From positions 26,244 to 90,243 of the forward strand of contig JAOABP010000002.1 in the NCBI GenBank assembly GCA_026418295.1: 64,000 nucleotides of DNA. Reading direction: 5' to 3'. Shown here in pieces: positions 11,301-20,700 of the stretch. Within the stretch, counting starts at the first letter, position 1; each line of letters opens with the position of its first letter. The notes beneath the pieces were generated by a model. That model did not search any database. It was not told the DNA's origin and saw only the letters and a program-made list of their open reading frames with translations. A program made the position numbers and the translations under genes. The DNA is from a candidate division WOR-3 bacterium (GTDB lineage: Bacteria > Hydrothermota > Tepidihabitantia > Tepidihabitantales > Tepidihabitantaceae).

Positions 11301-12118
11301 TCCGCATTGTCCCTACCCGGATAGGTGGCGCAGATGGATTCCAGGATGACAATCTTTGAGCGCCAGCCGAGCCGGGTGCGCCAGTCCCGCAGCCAGACCA
11401 GCGAATCGGCAAACTGCTGGCTGGTCATGATCACATGCTCGTAATTGCCGGGCTCAAGGAACCGGGAACCGAAACTGCCGGTTCGCTTCGGCGGGGCAAA
11501 ACGGTCAACGTCCTCAGGATTGAGCACCAGGTGCTTGACCTGATCGCCGAACATCTTCAACTGCATTTCGGTGTATGCCGGGGTGTGGTGTCTGCCGGTT
11601 TCATAACTGAGCCGGACGGTGATTTCCGAGACGAGATACAGTCTGCCTTCAACCGGATTGTAGCGGACCGGATAGATGAGAAAACTGGCAATCCGGTAAC
11701 CGGACATACTGCCGACATGGGCGAAGCGGGCAGGATTTTCAGGCCAGACTTTGTTCTGGCTGTAGACCGCCGGGTCCGGAGGCACGAACGGTTTCGGCTC
11801 ATAGTTCTTCTTCCAGGGAATCGGATGCTGAGCGGGCAGGACCTTGTAAGTGCCGGGAAGTGCCTCTTCCTTGAAAGATACGATTTCCAGACCGGTGACT
11901 TCGGCGTCTGCCGGAATTGCCACCTGATAGGGCAGGCAGGGCAGGTCCGGTTCGCCCAGATTGCTGATATGGGCGGACATGCCGAAGTCCACGGTGGTAT
12001 AGCCGTCCTGACTGCCGAGCTGGAGCGCAGTTGCCGGATACTCAAAGCTCCGGGTGAAGCTGGCGCCCAGGGCAATGGTCAGGCAGGCAGAGAGCGTCAG
12101 AAATACAAGACGCTTCAC
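8396..12118 (-). CDS. secreted peptidase C25 (gingipain-like) family protein with T9SS C-terminal sorting domain
   Basis: GTG start (VKRLVFLTLSACL… signal peptide) 5 nt after SD AAAGGAGG. The longer ORF-track start at 12193 is probably not used. C25-like catalytic region (…VIAHGAPDLY…ITAVSCNVGQWD…). C-terminal LRVFDASGRIVRTLVNG…GTYTASWNGTDDNGSRVASGIYFIRL…KVKTVLNR matches the T9SS type-A CTD pattern. Confidence 0.8.
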   Translation of the reverse strand: MKRLVFLTLSACLTIALGASFTRSFEYPATALQLGSQDGYTTVDFGMSAHISNLGEPDLPCLPYQVAIPADAEVTGLEIVSFKEEALPGTYKVLPAQHPIPWKKNYEPKPFVPPDPAVYSQNKVWPENPARFAHVGSMSGYRIASFLIYPVRYNPVEGRLYLVSEITVRLSYETGRHHTPAYTEMQLKMFGDQVKHLVLNPEDVDRFAPPKRTGSFGSRFLEPGNYEHVIMTSQQFADSLVWLRDWRTRLGWRSKIVILESICATYPGRDNAEKMRNFIKDADTTWGTIFVFIARPDYPANYYRVARAYGYDFFSDMYFSDLDGTWDRNNNNIFGELADSVDGYADVHVGMMTLNQFSEIANVRSKIIRYETAPDTTGGWWNKILLPNGVTFSDNYNDSIANASPTPPWFDLKMYYSGNGQIQPTPQRYCDSLNSGYTFNSVIAHGAPDLYDLNGSVTSQMMINLTNTNRLNCITAVSCNVGQWDLGSTNGDCIAENMFNHAPNGFIGVMMNYESGWVNVAEKLNYAIGYGFLGFRTARKIYQGEMISYGRNYWVPVILDSQKYRMEIMERNLFGEPATPIWRARPFVPVVSKPGAINIGNNIPVTITVQTPGFAPVESAMVVLQKPGETFVRGWTNASGQVTLLVSCLTPGFLKLAVSGANNIPYLDSIVVMSSGRYVSYLRHYINDAPPGGNGDSIINPGESFRIPMWVKNYGSLTANSVTARLRTSTAGVTVTDSVKTFGNIAGNDSAFNAQGFGMSVASGLPNRYPINCSLVCKDALDSTWISLFTLYVGAPSIVFVNHVVKDSMGSQPNGRLDPSETADLEITLSNSGLGNAYNVRAVLRSGDSRLSVTDSTAVYGNIPAGENATNRTDHFTVYASSAILPETPIPCTLYISADNGYASTAVFTIIVGEIRQVDPVPDNSEPPLYWAYDEVDILYPEHPTFEWVEIYGIGTRLSLTDDQTVQISLPPAFGPFIFYGQSYNQISICSNGWIAPGYTTATNYSNTALPNTDMPPLIAANWDDLYPPYGDSVWYYHDAANHRFIIEWDSVHYFSSSEWEKFEIILYDTTYAAEDGNSKFVIQYLTANRAGRSATVGIQDHTKTKYIQMLFDGAYHRGASPWVPGHAIKFSSDNPTGIAEDLGVTLLKDGRILAVAPSLFRRTTVIRYQIPQDGSAELRVFDASGRIVRTLVNGRMKAGTYTASWNGTDDNGSRVASGIYFIRLTTPETSVKVKTVLNR

Positions 12119-12240
12119 TTGACCTCCTTTTTGCTCTGACAGCGTTTTGTTCTGTGTCATAAAGCAGGCCCGAGCCTGGTCAAACTGACACAATGTAAAA
12201 TTATCACCCGGCAGGCACCGATGTCAACAATTAATTTCAT

Positions 12241-13419
12241 TTGACTGGGCAACTTTTGCCGGCAGAATTATCATTTGTGCGGGAGTTAACACTGGAAAAG
12301 GTGCGCCGGCTGTTTCCAGTGACACGCCGGCGGGTCTATTTCAACCATGCGGGTACCGGTCCCCTGCCTTCAACCGCAGTGCGGGCAATGCACGGTTTCA
12401 TCCGCAAGGCGGTGCAGGAGGGGTGTGTTGCCTACAGTGAGGCGGAGGCGGTGGTGGAAAACACCCGCCTAATGACAGCCCGGCTTCTGGGGGTGAAGCC
12501 GGAAACGGTCGCCTTTGTCAAAAATACCACCAGCGGTATCATCATTGCCATCGGCTCCATTCCCTGGGAGGAGGGGGACAACCTGATCATGATGAAGGAT
12601 GCGTTTCCGGCAAACACCTATCCCTATCAGCTGCTTCTGCCCGGGGTGGAGAAGCGGTTTGTGACCGCACTGGAGCTGACCGAAGGTCCGGAGTGTGTGT
12701 TCCGGCTTGTGGATGAGCGGACCAGAGCGGTGGCGCTCGACTGGGTCCATTTTCTTTCCGGTGCCCGGTTTGACATCAATGCGATCGGTGCCTTCTGTCA
12801 GCAGCACAATATCTTTTTTATTCTGGATGCGATTCAGGGCCTGGGAGCGGTAAATCACAATTTCAGTTCCACCGGTGCCGACTTTGTTGTTGCCGGCGGA
12901 GGCAAATGGCTGCTGGCACCGCAGGGGATCGGAATCCTGTATGTCAATATGAAAAAACTGCCCCGGCTCAAGCCTTTTAATCTTGGCTGGCTTTCTGCCC
13001 ACTGGCAGGAGTTTAACGATATTTTTACCCCCAAACCCCTGAAGAAGACCGCCGCCCGTTTTGAGGAGGGAACAAAGAACTACATCGGCATCTACGGCCT
13101 GGGTGCGGCACTCAAGCTGCTGCTTGATTTCGGACTGGAAAGTGTTGAAGCCCGGGTTCGCCAGCTGACCGGACAGCTGCGGGAACTGCTGAAAGCGGCT
13201 GATTTTGAGATTATGACCCCGGAGGCGGATGAGAAGCGCGCCGGCATCATTACCTGCCGGAAGCCGGACCGGGATATGGCAGCGGTCGGGGCACAGCTGG
13301 AGACCGCAGGTTTTGTCTGTGCGGTCCGGGAGGGCTGGCTCCGGATTTCGCCCCATTTCTACAATACCGGGGAGGAGGTTGAAAGATTTGTCCACCAGCT
13401 TAAAATTGTTGCCCGCTGA
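12241..13419 (+). CDS. aminotransferase class V-fold PLP-dependent enzyme (cysteine desulfurase-like)
   Basis: FNHAGTGPLP, DAIQGLGA, LLAPQGIGILYV motifs. Start ambiguous: TTG at 12241 or GTG at 12277. Confidence 0.75.
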   Translation: MTGQLLPAELSFVRELTLEKVRRLFPVTRRRVYFNHAGTGPLPSTAVRAMHGFIRKAVQEGCVAYSEAEAVVENTRLMTARLLGVKPETVAFVKNTTSGIIIAIGSIPWEEGDNLIMMKDAFPANTYPYQLLLPGVEKRFVTALELTEGPECVFRLVDERTRAVALDWVHFLSGARFDINAIGAFCQQHNIFFILDAIQGLGAVNHNFSSTGADFVVAGGGKWLLAPQGIGILYVNMKKLPRLKPFNLGWLSAHWQEFNDIFTPKPLKKTAARFEEGTKNYIGIYGLGAALKLLLDFGLESVEARVRQLTGQLRELLKAADFEIMTPEADEKRAGIITCRKPDRDMAAVGAQLETAGFVCAVREGWLRISPHFYNTGEEVERFVHQLKIVAR

Positions 13420-13422
13420 TTT

Positions 13423-14079
13423 ATGGATTGGAGAAAAACGGTCGCCCTGATTCTTTCCGGACTGCTGCTCGCACCACCGGTGCAGGCAGCGGGTGATGGT
13501 GGTGCCGGCATTATTGATGAAGGGGGCGGAGAGTTCCGGATTGAGGTGCCGGTGACAATCCCTCAGGACACGGTCCGTCAGGGTCAGCCCAGGATACCGG
13601 CAGACCGGTCCGGACTGTTTGAGGAGTCCGGTGCCGGAATCGGCTATCTCGTGGTTCAGCCGGATGCGGTGCCGGATTCCATCTTCCTTGACGGCCGGCG
13701 GGTGCTGATTGACCGGCAGGACAAACTGCTTGCGGTCCAGCAGGGCAGACATTATCTGAGCCTGTTTGATGTCCGGGATGTTTATCTGGCGTTCCGGGAT
13801 GAGACACCGTCAGTTTTCTGGCAGCGGATTGCACCCGGGCTCCAGGTTGACCGGTATGCCCTGATGTCCAGTTATGAACGGGAGGCGGTCCGGACAGGCA
13901 CAAAATGGGTCAGTGTCCTGCCCGAGGACACAATTGCAGTCCGGCTTTCCCGCCAGGAGGTGGCGCAGACCTACCGGCGTCATGCCGGCACCGCAGCACT
14001 GACCTTTTTCAGTGTAACCGCAGTGATTGCAGCGGCGATGATCGGCAGTGTAATGTTCATTACCATGGACGGTGAATAG
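13423..14079 (+). CDS. hypothetical exported protein with signal peptide and C-terminal TM anchor
   Basis: N-terminal ALILSGLLLAPPVQAAG. C-terminal hydrophobic helix LTFFSVTAVIAAAMIGSVMFI. Confidence 0.5.
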   Translation: MDWRKTVALILSGLLLAPPVQAAGDGGAGIIDEGGGEFRIEVPVTIPQDTVRQGQPRIPADRSGLFEESGAGIGYLVVQPDAVPDSIFLDGRRVLIDRQDKLLAVQQGRHYLSLFDVRDVYLAFRDETPSVFWQRIAPGLQVDRYALMSSYEREAVRTGTKWVSVLPEDTIAVRLSRQEVAQTYRRHAGTAALTFFSVTAVIAAAMIGSVMFITMDGE

Positions 14080-14088
14080 AAAGGGGGC

Positions 14089-15759
14089 TTGATGCCTTCG
14101 GATATGGAGATTGCTCAGAGTATCAGACTTCTCCCCATCTGGGAGATCGCCAAGGGGCTGGGAATTACCGATATGGACCTGATTCTGCCCAACGGGAATT
14201 ACAAGGCGAAACTTTCGGTCCGGCTGCTGGAACAGCTCAAGGACAGGCCGACCGGCAGACTGATTCTGGTCACCGCCATCACTCCGACCAGGTTCGGCGA
14301 GGGCAAGACCACGGTATCCATCGGACTGTCGATGGCACTCAACCGGCTGGGCAAGAAGTCAATTGCGGTGCTGCGTCAGCCTTCGCTCGGACCGGTTTTC
14401 GGGATCAAGGGCGGGGCGGCAGGGGGCGGTTATGCTCAGGTGCTGCCGATGGAGGACATCAACCTGCATTTCACCGGTGATATCCATGCAGTCAGTTCGG
14501 CACACAACCTGCTTTCCGCAATGCTGGACAACTCGCTTCACTTCGGCAACCCGCTCGGGATTGATGAGCGGGAGATCTTCTTTCCCCGGACGATTGACAT
14601 GAATGACCGGGTGATGCGGTCAATGGTGGTCGGGCTGGGCGGCAGGGCGAACGGTCCGGCACGCGAGGACAGCTGTGTCATTACCGCAGCATCTGAGGTG
14701 ATGGCGATTCTGGGGCTGGCGACCGGCAGGGCTGATCTGAAACAGCGGCTTGCCCGGATGCTGGTGGCGCTCAGCTTTGACGACAAGCCGATTACCGCTC
14801 AGGACCTGGGTGCTACCGGTGCGATGGCGGCATTGCTCAAGGATGCGATCAAGCCCAATCTGGTCCAGACGACCGAGAATACGCCTGCCCTGATTCATAC
14901 CGGTCCGTTTGCCAATATCGCCCACGGCACCGCCAGCATCATCGCCACCAATGCATCGCTCCGGCTCTGTGACTGGACAGTGATTGAAGCCGGGTTCGGC
15001 TCGGACCTGGGTGCGGAGAAGTTTGTTGACCTGGTGGCACCGCTGGGCGGATTCAGAATCGACGGCTGTGTGCTGGTTGCCACTCTGCGTGCGCTCAAGC
15101 ATCAGGGCGGGGCGCCCGATGCCCGCAGAGGTATGCTGCGCCATCTCTGGCTCGGGCTGGAGAATCTGCACCGGCACATCGAGAACTGCCGGACCCTGGG
15201 TATGGAGCCGGTGGTGGCGCTCAACCGGTTTGAGGGTGATGCTGATGATGAGCTGAAACTGGTGCTCAAGGCGTGCGAGGAGCAGGGCACAAAGGCGGTT
15301 GTCTGTGCCCCGCACAGCGCGGGTGGCAAGGGGTGTGAGGAGCTGGCACAGGCGGTGCTGGAGCAGGCGGAACAGAAGCCCGGTGCCAACAAGCCGGTCT
15401 ATGACTGGAACAGCCGGGTTGAGGACAAGATTGAGGCAGTGGCAAGAAAAATCTATCATGCGGGACAGGTGGTCTATACCCCGCGCGCCGAGCGCGACCT
15501 GAAGCGGATTTACCAGCTCGGTTATGACAAACTGCCAATCTGCATCGCCAAGACTCCGCTCTCGCTCAGTGACGATCCGGATTGTCTTGGTGCCTGCAGC
15601 GGGTTCAAGATTACCATTTCCGCAATCCACATCCGCGCCGGTGCCGGGTATCTGGTGCCGGTGGCAGGGGAGATGGAGCTTCTGCCCGGACTGGGCAAGA
15701 AGCCCAATGCGCTCAAGATTGACATCATGGATGACGGCAGGATTGTCGGGCTCTCCTGA
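14089..15759 (+). CDS. fhs: formate--tetrahydrofolate ligase
   Basis: Hallmark PTRFGEGKTTVSIGL, plus NIAHG and GFKITISAIHIRAGAGYLVP regions. Length 556 aa. Confidence 0.95.
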   Translation: MMPSDMEIAQSIRLLPIWEIAKGLGITDMDLILPNGNYKAKLSVRLLEQLKDRPTGRLILVTAITPTRFGEGKTTVSIGLSMALNRLGKKSIAVLRQPSLGPVFGIKGGAAGGGYAQVLPMEDINLHFTGDIHAVSSAHNLLSAMLDNSLHFGNPLGIDEREIFFPRTIDMNDRVMRSMVVGLGGRANGPAREDSCVITAASEVMAILGLATGRADLKQRLARMLVALSFDDKPITAQDLGATGAMAALLKDAIKPNLVQTTENTPALIHTGPFANIAHGTASIIATNASLRLCDWTVIEAGFGSDLGAEKFVDLVAPLGGFRIDGCVLVATLRALKHQGGAPDARRGMLRHLWLGLENLHRHIENCRTLGMEPVVALNRFEGDADDELKLVLKACEEQGTKAVVCAPHSAGGKGCEELAQAVLEQAEQKPGANKPVYDWNSRVEDKIEAVARKIYHAGQVVYTPRAERDLKRIYQLGYDKLPICIAKTPLSLSDDPDCLGACSGFKITISAIHIRAGAGYLVPVAGEMELLPGLGKKPNALKIDIMDDGRIVGLS

Positions 15760-15762
15760 AGC

Positions 15763-16098
15763 CTAAGGACCGGCTTCCAGCGTTGTCCGCAGAGCGATCA
15801 GCTCCTTCTTGAGCCAGAGCAGAATTTCCCGCCCGTCTTTTGCCTGCGGGACCTCAACGCTCCGGCTGTTCATCGCCTGCAGTTTCTTCTTTGCTCCCTT
15901 GATTGTCATCTTCTCCCGGTGGAGCAGATGCTGAATCAGCTCCAGTTTCTTTAACTGCTCATCGGAGATGATCCTTCTGCCCGCAGAGTTGCGCTCAAAC
16001 TTGAACTCAAACTCCTTCTCCCAGTAGCGCAGGGTGTATGCCGGCACCCGCAGAATTCTGCAGGCTTCAGACAGGGAATAGAACTTTTTTTCCTTCAT
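15763..16098 (-). CDS. MerR family transcriptional regulator
   Basis: N-terminal HTH YSLSEACRILRVPAYTLRYWEKEF. Confidence 0.75.
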   Translation of the reverse strand: MKEKKFYSLSEACRILRVPAYTLRYWEKEFEFKFERNSAGRRIISDEQLKKLELIQHLLHREKMTIKGAKKKLQAMNSRSVEVPQAKDGREILLWLKKELIALRTTLEAGP

Positions 16099-17093
16099 CA
16101 GTAGAACTCCTTTTTTGTCGGCCTTTTCAGGAGCCGTTCAATGCTGTTTTCCGGCTTTTCGCCCTGATAAAGTATTTTATAAACTTCTTCAGTTATTGGC
16201 AAGTCAATCCGCAGTTTGCGGGCGAGCTCCAGACCGGCGGGGGCGGTCCAGTAGCCCTCAGCAACTCCGCCGAGCTGTTTGAGCGCCGTTTCGGGCGGGA
16301 TGCCCCTGCCGATCGCCATTCCCAGCCGGTGGTTTCTGGACCGCTCGGAAAAGGCGGTAACAATCAGGTCCCCCATGCCTGCCAGTCCGGCAAAGGTCAG
16401 CGGGTTGGCGTTGAGTGCCAGACCCAGCCGGGTGATCTCTGCCAGACCGCGGGTCAAAAGCGCCGATTTGGCATTAATCCCCAGACCGATGCCGTCCGCA
16501 ATGCCGGCAGCGATCGCAATCACATTCTTGAATGCAGCGGCGATCTCCACTCCGACCACATCGGTATGGGAATAGACCCGCAGGTTACGCACGGTAAATG
16601 TGTCCCGGACCAGCCGGGCTGCAGACTCATCCTCACTCACCGCCACGAGCGAGGTCGGGTCACCGTCTGCCACCTCATACGGAATTCCCGGACCGGCAAG
16701 CACCACCACCGGCGGTCCGGGCAGATGCTCCTTCAGCACCACTGAGAACCGTTTCTTCGTTTCCGGGTCAATGCCCTTGGTCACCGAGACAATCACCTGA
16801 CAGAATGAGGACAGCAGTGGTTTTACCCGCTCTGCTGCTGATGCCAGCACCGCGGAAGGGGTGGCGAAGACGGTGATATCGCTCCGGTCAAGCACAATGG
16901 CGGGATCGGAGCTGACGGTGATGGCCTCAGGAACCGGAACCGATTCAGGCAGGTCCGGATGATGCCGGGTTGCCAGCAGACGGGCAAGCGCCTGTCCGTC
17001 CGGCTCATAAAGGGCAACGGTCAGCCCCTTCTCGTAAAGTTTCAGCGCCAGTGCCAGCGCCCAGCGTCCTGCCCCGATGAATCCAGCCTTCAT
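16098..17093 (-). CDS. gpsA: NAD(P)H-dependent glycerol-3-phosphate dehydrogenase
   Basis: MKAGFIGAGRWALALA Rossmann motif, GpsA-length, upstream of plsY as in many bacteria. Confidence 0.9.
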   Translation of the reverse strand: MKAGFIGAGRWALALALKLYEKGLTVALYEPDGQALARLLATRHHPDLPESVPVPEAITVSSDPAIVLDRSDITVFATPSAVLASAAERVKPLLSSFCQVIVSVTKGIDPETKKRFSVVLKEHLPGPPVVVLAGPGIPYEVADGDPTSLVAVSEDESAARLVRDTFTVRNLRVYSHTDVVGVEIAAAFKNVIAIAAGIADGIGLGINAKSALLTRGLAEITRLGLALNANPLTFAGLAGMGDLIVTAFSERSRNHRLGMAIGRGIPPETALKQLGGVAEGYWTAPAGLELARKLRIDLPITEEVYKILYQGEKPENSIERLLKRPTKKEFY

Positions 17094-17095
17094 TT

Positions 17096-17701
17096 CTACC
17101 TCCGGAAGACCTTCAGCCAGAGCCCGAACTTCGGCTCAGTGCCCGCGGTCAGACGGCGGATGTTCGGAATGTGCCGGATGATAATGAGCATACCGGTTAA
17201 CAGTGTAAAGATCAGCAGAGCCCGGTCAAACCGGTAGAAAAGCAGGGTCAGGACCGGCAGACTGAGGGCAAAGGAGATTGAGGAGAGTGAGACAAAGCCG
17301 GAGACAAGCAGCACAAGCAGAAAGACCGCAATTGCGGGCAGAAAGGCGCGGGGACAAAGAACTGCGGTTACGCCGATGGTGGTGGCAACCCCCTTTCCGC
17401 CGTTGAACCCGAGCCAGGGGCAGAAGATGTGGCCAGCAATTGCGCCCAGCCCGACCAGCTCCGGCAGGAGACCGAACCGCTCTGCGAGCAGGACCGGCAC
17501 AATCCCCTTGGCAAGGTCCAGCACCAGCACCGGAACCGCCCAGCCCAGTCCCAGCACCCGCTGGACATTGGTGAAGCCGATGTTGCCCGAGCCGTGCTTG
17601 CGGATGTCAATCCCCTTCAGCCTGCCCGCCAGATAGCCGGCGGGAACCGAGCCGAAGGCAAAGCCGGCAAGAATGGAAATGACAAAAGAAAGGGAATGCA
17701 T
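17096..17701 (-). CDS. plsY: glycerol-3-phosphate acyltransferase PlsY
   Basis: GSVPAGYLAGRLKGIDIRKHGSGNIGFTNVQRVLG. Multi-TM, 201 aa. Confidence 0.93.
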   Translation of the reverse strand: MHSLSFVISILAGFAFGSVPAGYLAGRLKGIDIRKHGSGNIGFTNVQRVLGLGWAVPVLVLDLAKGIVPVLLAERFGLLPELVGLGAIAGHIFCPWLGFNGGKGVATTIGVTAVLCPRAFLPAIAVFLLVLLVSGFVSLSSISFALSLPVLTLLFYRFDRALLIFTLLTGMLIIIRHIPNIRRLTAGTEPKFGLWLKVFRR

Positions 17702-17736
17702 AGCGCTAAATCAAAATAGCGAACCGCGGGTGATTG

Positions 17737-20700
17737 TCAATCTGATGGCAGAAGTTCTGCCTCAACCTGCGGATAGAGCCGGTCAATCTGCCGTTGAATT
17801 TCAACTGTCTTTTTGATGGCGGTTACAATCCCGCAGTAGTGCCGGATTTCCTCGGTGGTCAGCTGTCTGCCGGTGCGGTCCTTGAGCCATTTGGCACACA
17901 CCTGATACCCGCCGATCTGATAGCTCCAGACCTCGGGTGGAACCGGTGCGAAAAATTTGCCGGCGTTGATGAACACCTGCCGGTCCTCATAGCGCACCTT
18001 TTCAATCAGGTTTGTTCCCCTGCCCTGGAACCGGACCGCGGGCGGGTCCAGTTCTGCCGATTTCAGCAGATGCAGGTCAGCGAGCCTTCTGCCCAGCTGT
18101 GCCAGCCGGCGGAAAAGCGGATAACTGCGGGTGAAGGGAATGCGGGGAAAGTCAAACTTGAGAAACTCCGCATATTTCTGCCGGTAGATATCTGAATACA
18201 GCACCGCATAGGTATAATAGAGAATGTCTTCAGGTGCGGGCGAGCGGTTATAGGCACTGCGGAGCCGGTCAAAAATTTCAGGTGCGATGTTCGGCTCCGG
18301 TCTGACCCCGCTCCTTCGCCGGACCGGGAAAAGCTCATCCCTGCCGGTGTCCGGATAGAGGTAAAGGGGGAATAATGATTCACATCCTTTATTGTCAGAG
18401 CGAATAACGCCGTCAGATATCATATGCTCTGTAATAAAAACATAATTGCAAGGATGTGTAGGAAGCATTTGCCTTCTTGTTATTAGCCCCAAATTCTCCT
18501 GCATCATATGCCGCATGACCTCCTCCCGCGGGCGCCAGACTACAGATTTGTGGTAATAAATATATCTCACATCAAATGGTCGATAGAGAATTTTTGTGAA
18601 GTACTTTTCCCAGTTTTCCACCCTCATCAATTCTTGGCGTGCCCTTGAAACCCGCCACATATAATTTTCTGTGAGCTCCAACCCCTTTTTTATAATCGCA
18701 TCCGAGAGGTCTTTATTGAGAAATGTCATTATTCTTGCCTTGAGAGGCTGGAGTTCAAAGTCAATTACAAAGTGGTCACGGGCAGTAACAATACCGGTCA
18801 CATTGACTGGGAAAATTGATGTTACTTGATAGAAACTCTCATACTCTATTTTACCCTTACCCCTCATTGGTACAAACAGGTAATAGGGTTTAACTGGTGC
18901 AACATCTCTCCAACTCGTTTTGTCAATGTCATTCTTCATGAGCCAACCGTACTTTCTATCTCTTGTTCCCCAGATTTCTGAATGGTGAACCCGGCAGGCG
19001 GTTGTGCCGTTACGGTATTTGACCATCAGGGCGATTGCCACTCCCTGCCGGATGTCAAACACATTTTCATCCTTTGAGCCGTCCGGACACCGCTCCTTCT
19101 TCAGGCTGTTGCCGTGCAGGTCCAGGATGTAGATTTCGTTGAAGGTCTTCATCAGCGACTGGCGCATGCCCCGGAAGGTCGGGTTGTCAAGGTAGCTGTG
19201 ATTGGTGATGAAGCCGACCACCCCTTCGCCTGCCTGGCTGATCTTCCACTGGGCAAAGCGGATGAACTTCACATAGTCATCCTGCAGCCAGACTTTTCTT
19301 TCTTTTAAAGGTTCGCCATCGACATGGTAGTAGCTCTGAACCCCGTCCCGGTCCTCCTTGAGGAAGTTGACCATTTCCGGCTTCATATTGGCGGAGATGC
19401 CGGAATAGGGCGGGTTGCCGATGATGACGAGAATCGGCGTTTCCCGCTTGACCCGGACCGCCAGCCGGGACTCGGTTGAGAGCGATGCCATTCCGGGCAG
19501 GCGGGTTTCGGGCAGGGTCTCCATCTCCAGCGTGTTGGTCAGATACAGTTTGACCCGCTCGTCCGGTTTTAACCGGTAGCCCAGCTCCTCAAGCAGAAAC
19601 GCCATCTTCAGGTGTCCCACCGCATAGGGCGCCATCATCAGTTCAAAGGCATAGAAGTTCTCCAGGATGTGCTCGCGGATGAAGTTTTCCTGTGCCCCTT
19701 CGCCATACCGTGCGGTAAACTCCTTGACCGCCAGTTTCGCCGCTTCGGCAAGGAAGGTCAGGGTGCCGGCAGCCGGGTCCAGGACTGTAACCGAGCTGTT
19801 TGCCAGTCCCTCCTGGCGGTTGAACCGGTCCTTGAGAATTTTGTTGACCGAGCGGACGATATAGGAGACCACCGGTTCGGGCGTATAATAGACACCGCGC
19901 CTTTCCCGGGTTTCCGGGTCGTAGACCGCAAGGAAGGTTTCATAGAAGTGGACCACCGGATCACTGCCCCTGCCTTCATGAAAATACTGGTGCAGGATGT
20001 TTTTGACATCGGTAACCGAGAGCACCTCTGCAATGTCGTCAATGATCCATTCCATCGGTTCCGGCAGGTCCTCGAGCGAGATATAGCGGAAGATGTCACG
20101 CAGGATGCCGATTGTGTGCGGGATATTGTCATAGGCAAGCCGGCGGTTGAATTCGCCGGTGGTGCGGGTGCGGGCGGCAAACAGTCCGTAGGTGATGGTC
20201 TGGGCATAAAGGTCGGCAAAGTCTTCCGGGGTGAGGGTGGTGATGAGATACTGCCGGAAGGCTTCGTAAAATCCGGCAAGGGTGCCGGTCTGATCAGCAA
20301 GCTCCTGCTGGAGCTGGCGGGCGATTACCTCATCGCGGAGAAAGCGGGTGCGGCGGGCAAGTTCGCGGGCAAGGGTTTCCGCATCCAGCACGCGGGGCAG
20401 AGAGAAGGCGAAAAACTGTTCGAGCAGGAGGTTGAGTTCTTCCGGCTGTTCCAGTGGTGGCACGAGTCTGAGCCTGTGGGCAGCAAACGGTCTGCCGAGG
20501 AGCGCCTTTTTTACCAGTTTACCTTGGCGGTAGAGCCGGAATTCAAGAAAGTTGGTCAGTATCAGATTGGGGAATGTATCCCGGTAGCGGGTAAACTGTT
20601 CGGACTCTTCAATCCGGTCCAGATTGTCAATTGTTGGCGATTTGGCTTCAATGTAACCGACGATGTGCTGTCTGCCATCCCAGATCCGGAAGTCGGGGTT

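Noticed and set aside
8396-12193. longer N-terminus (MCQFDQARACFM…) of the C25 peptidase
   Set aside because: A GTG 25 codons downstream is preceded by AAAGGAGG and begins a canonical signal peptide. The longer form has no SD and a non-signal N-terminus.
12249-12262. GGGCAACTTTTGCC as a possible sigma-54 element
   Set aside because: The GG-to-GC spacing is 2 nt too short for a -24/-12 promoter. It is better described as a short inverted repeat (GGCAA…TTGCC) of unknown function.
12469-13752. 427-aa minus-strand ORF
   Set aside because: Antisense to the class-V aminotransferase gene, which carries real PLP-enzyme motifs. Low-complexity translation.
14620-15630. 336-aa minus-strand ORF
   Set aside because: Antisense to fhs, whose identity is unambiguous. 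This is a shadow ORF.
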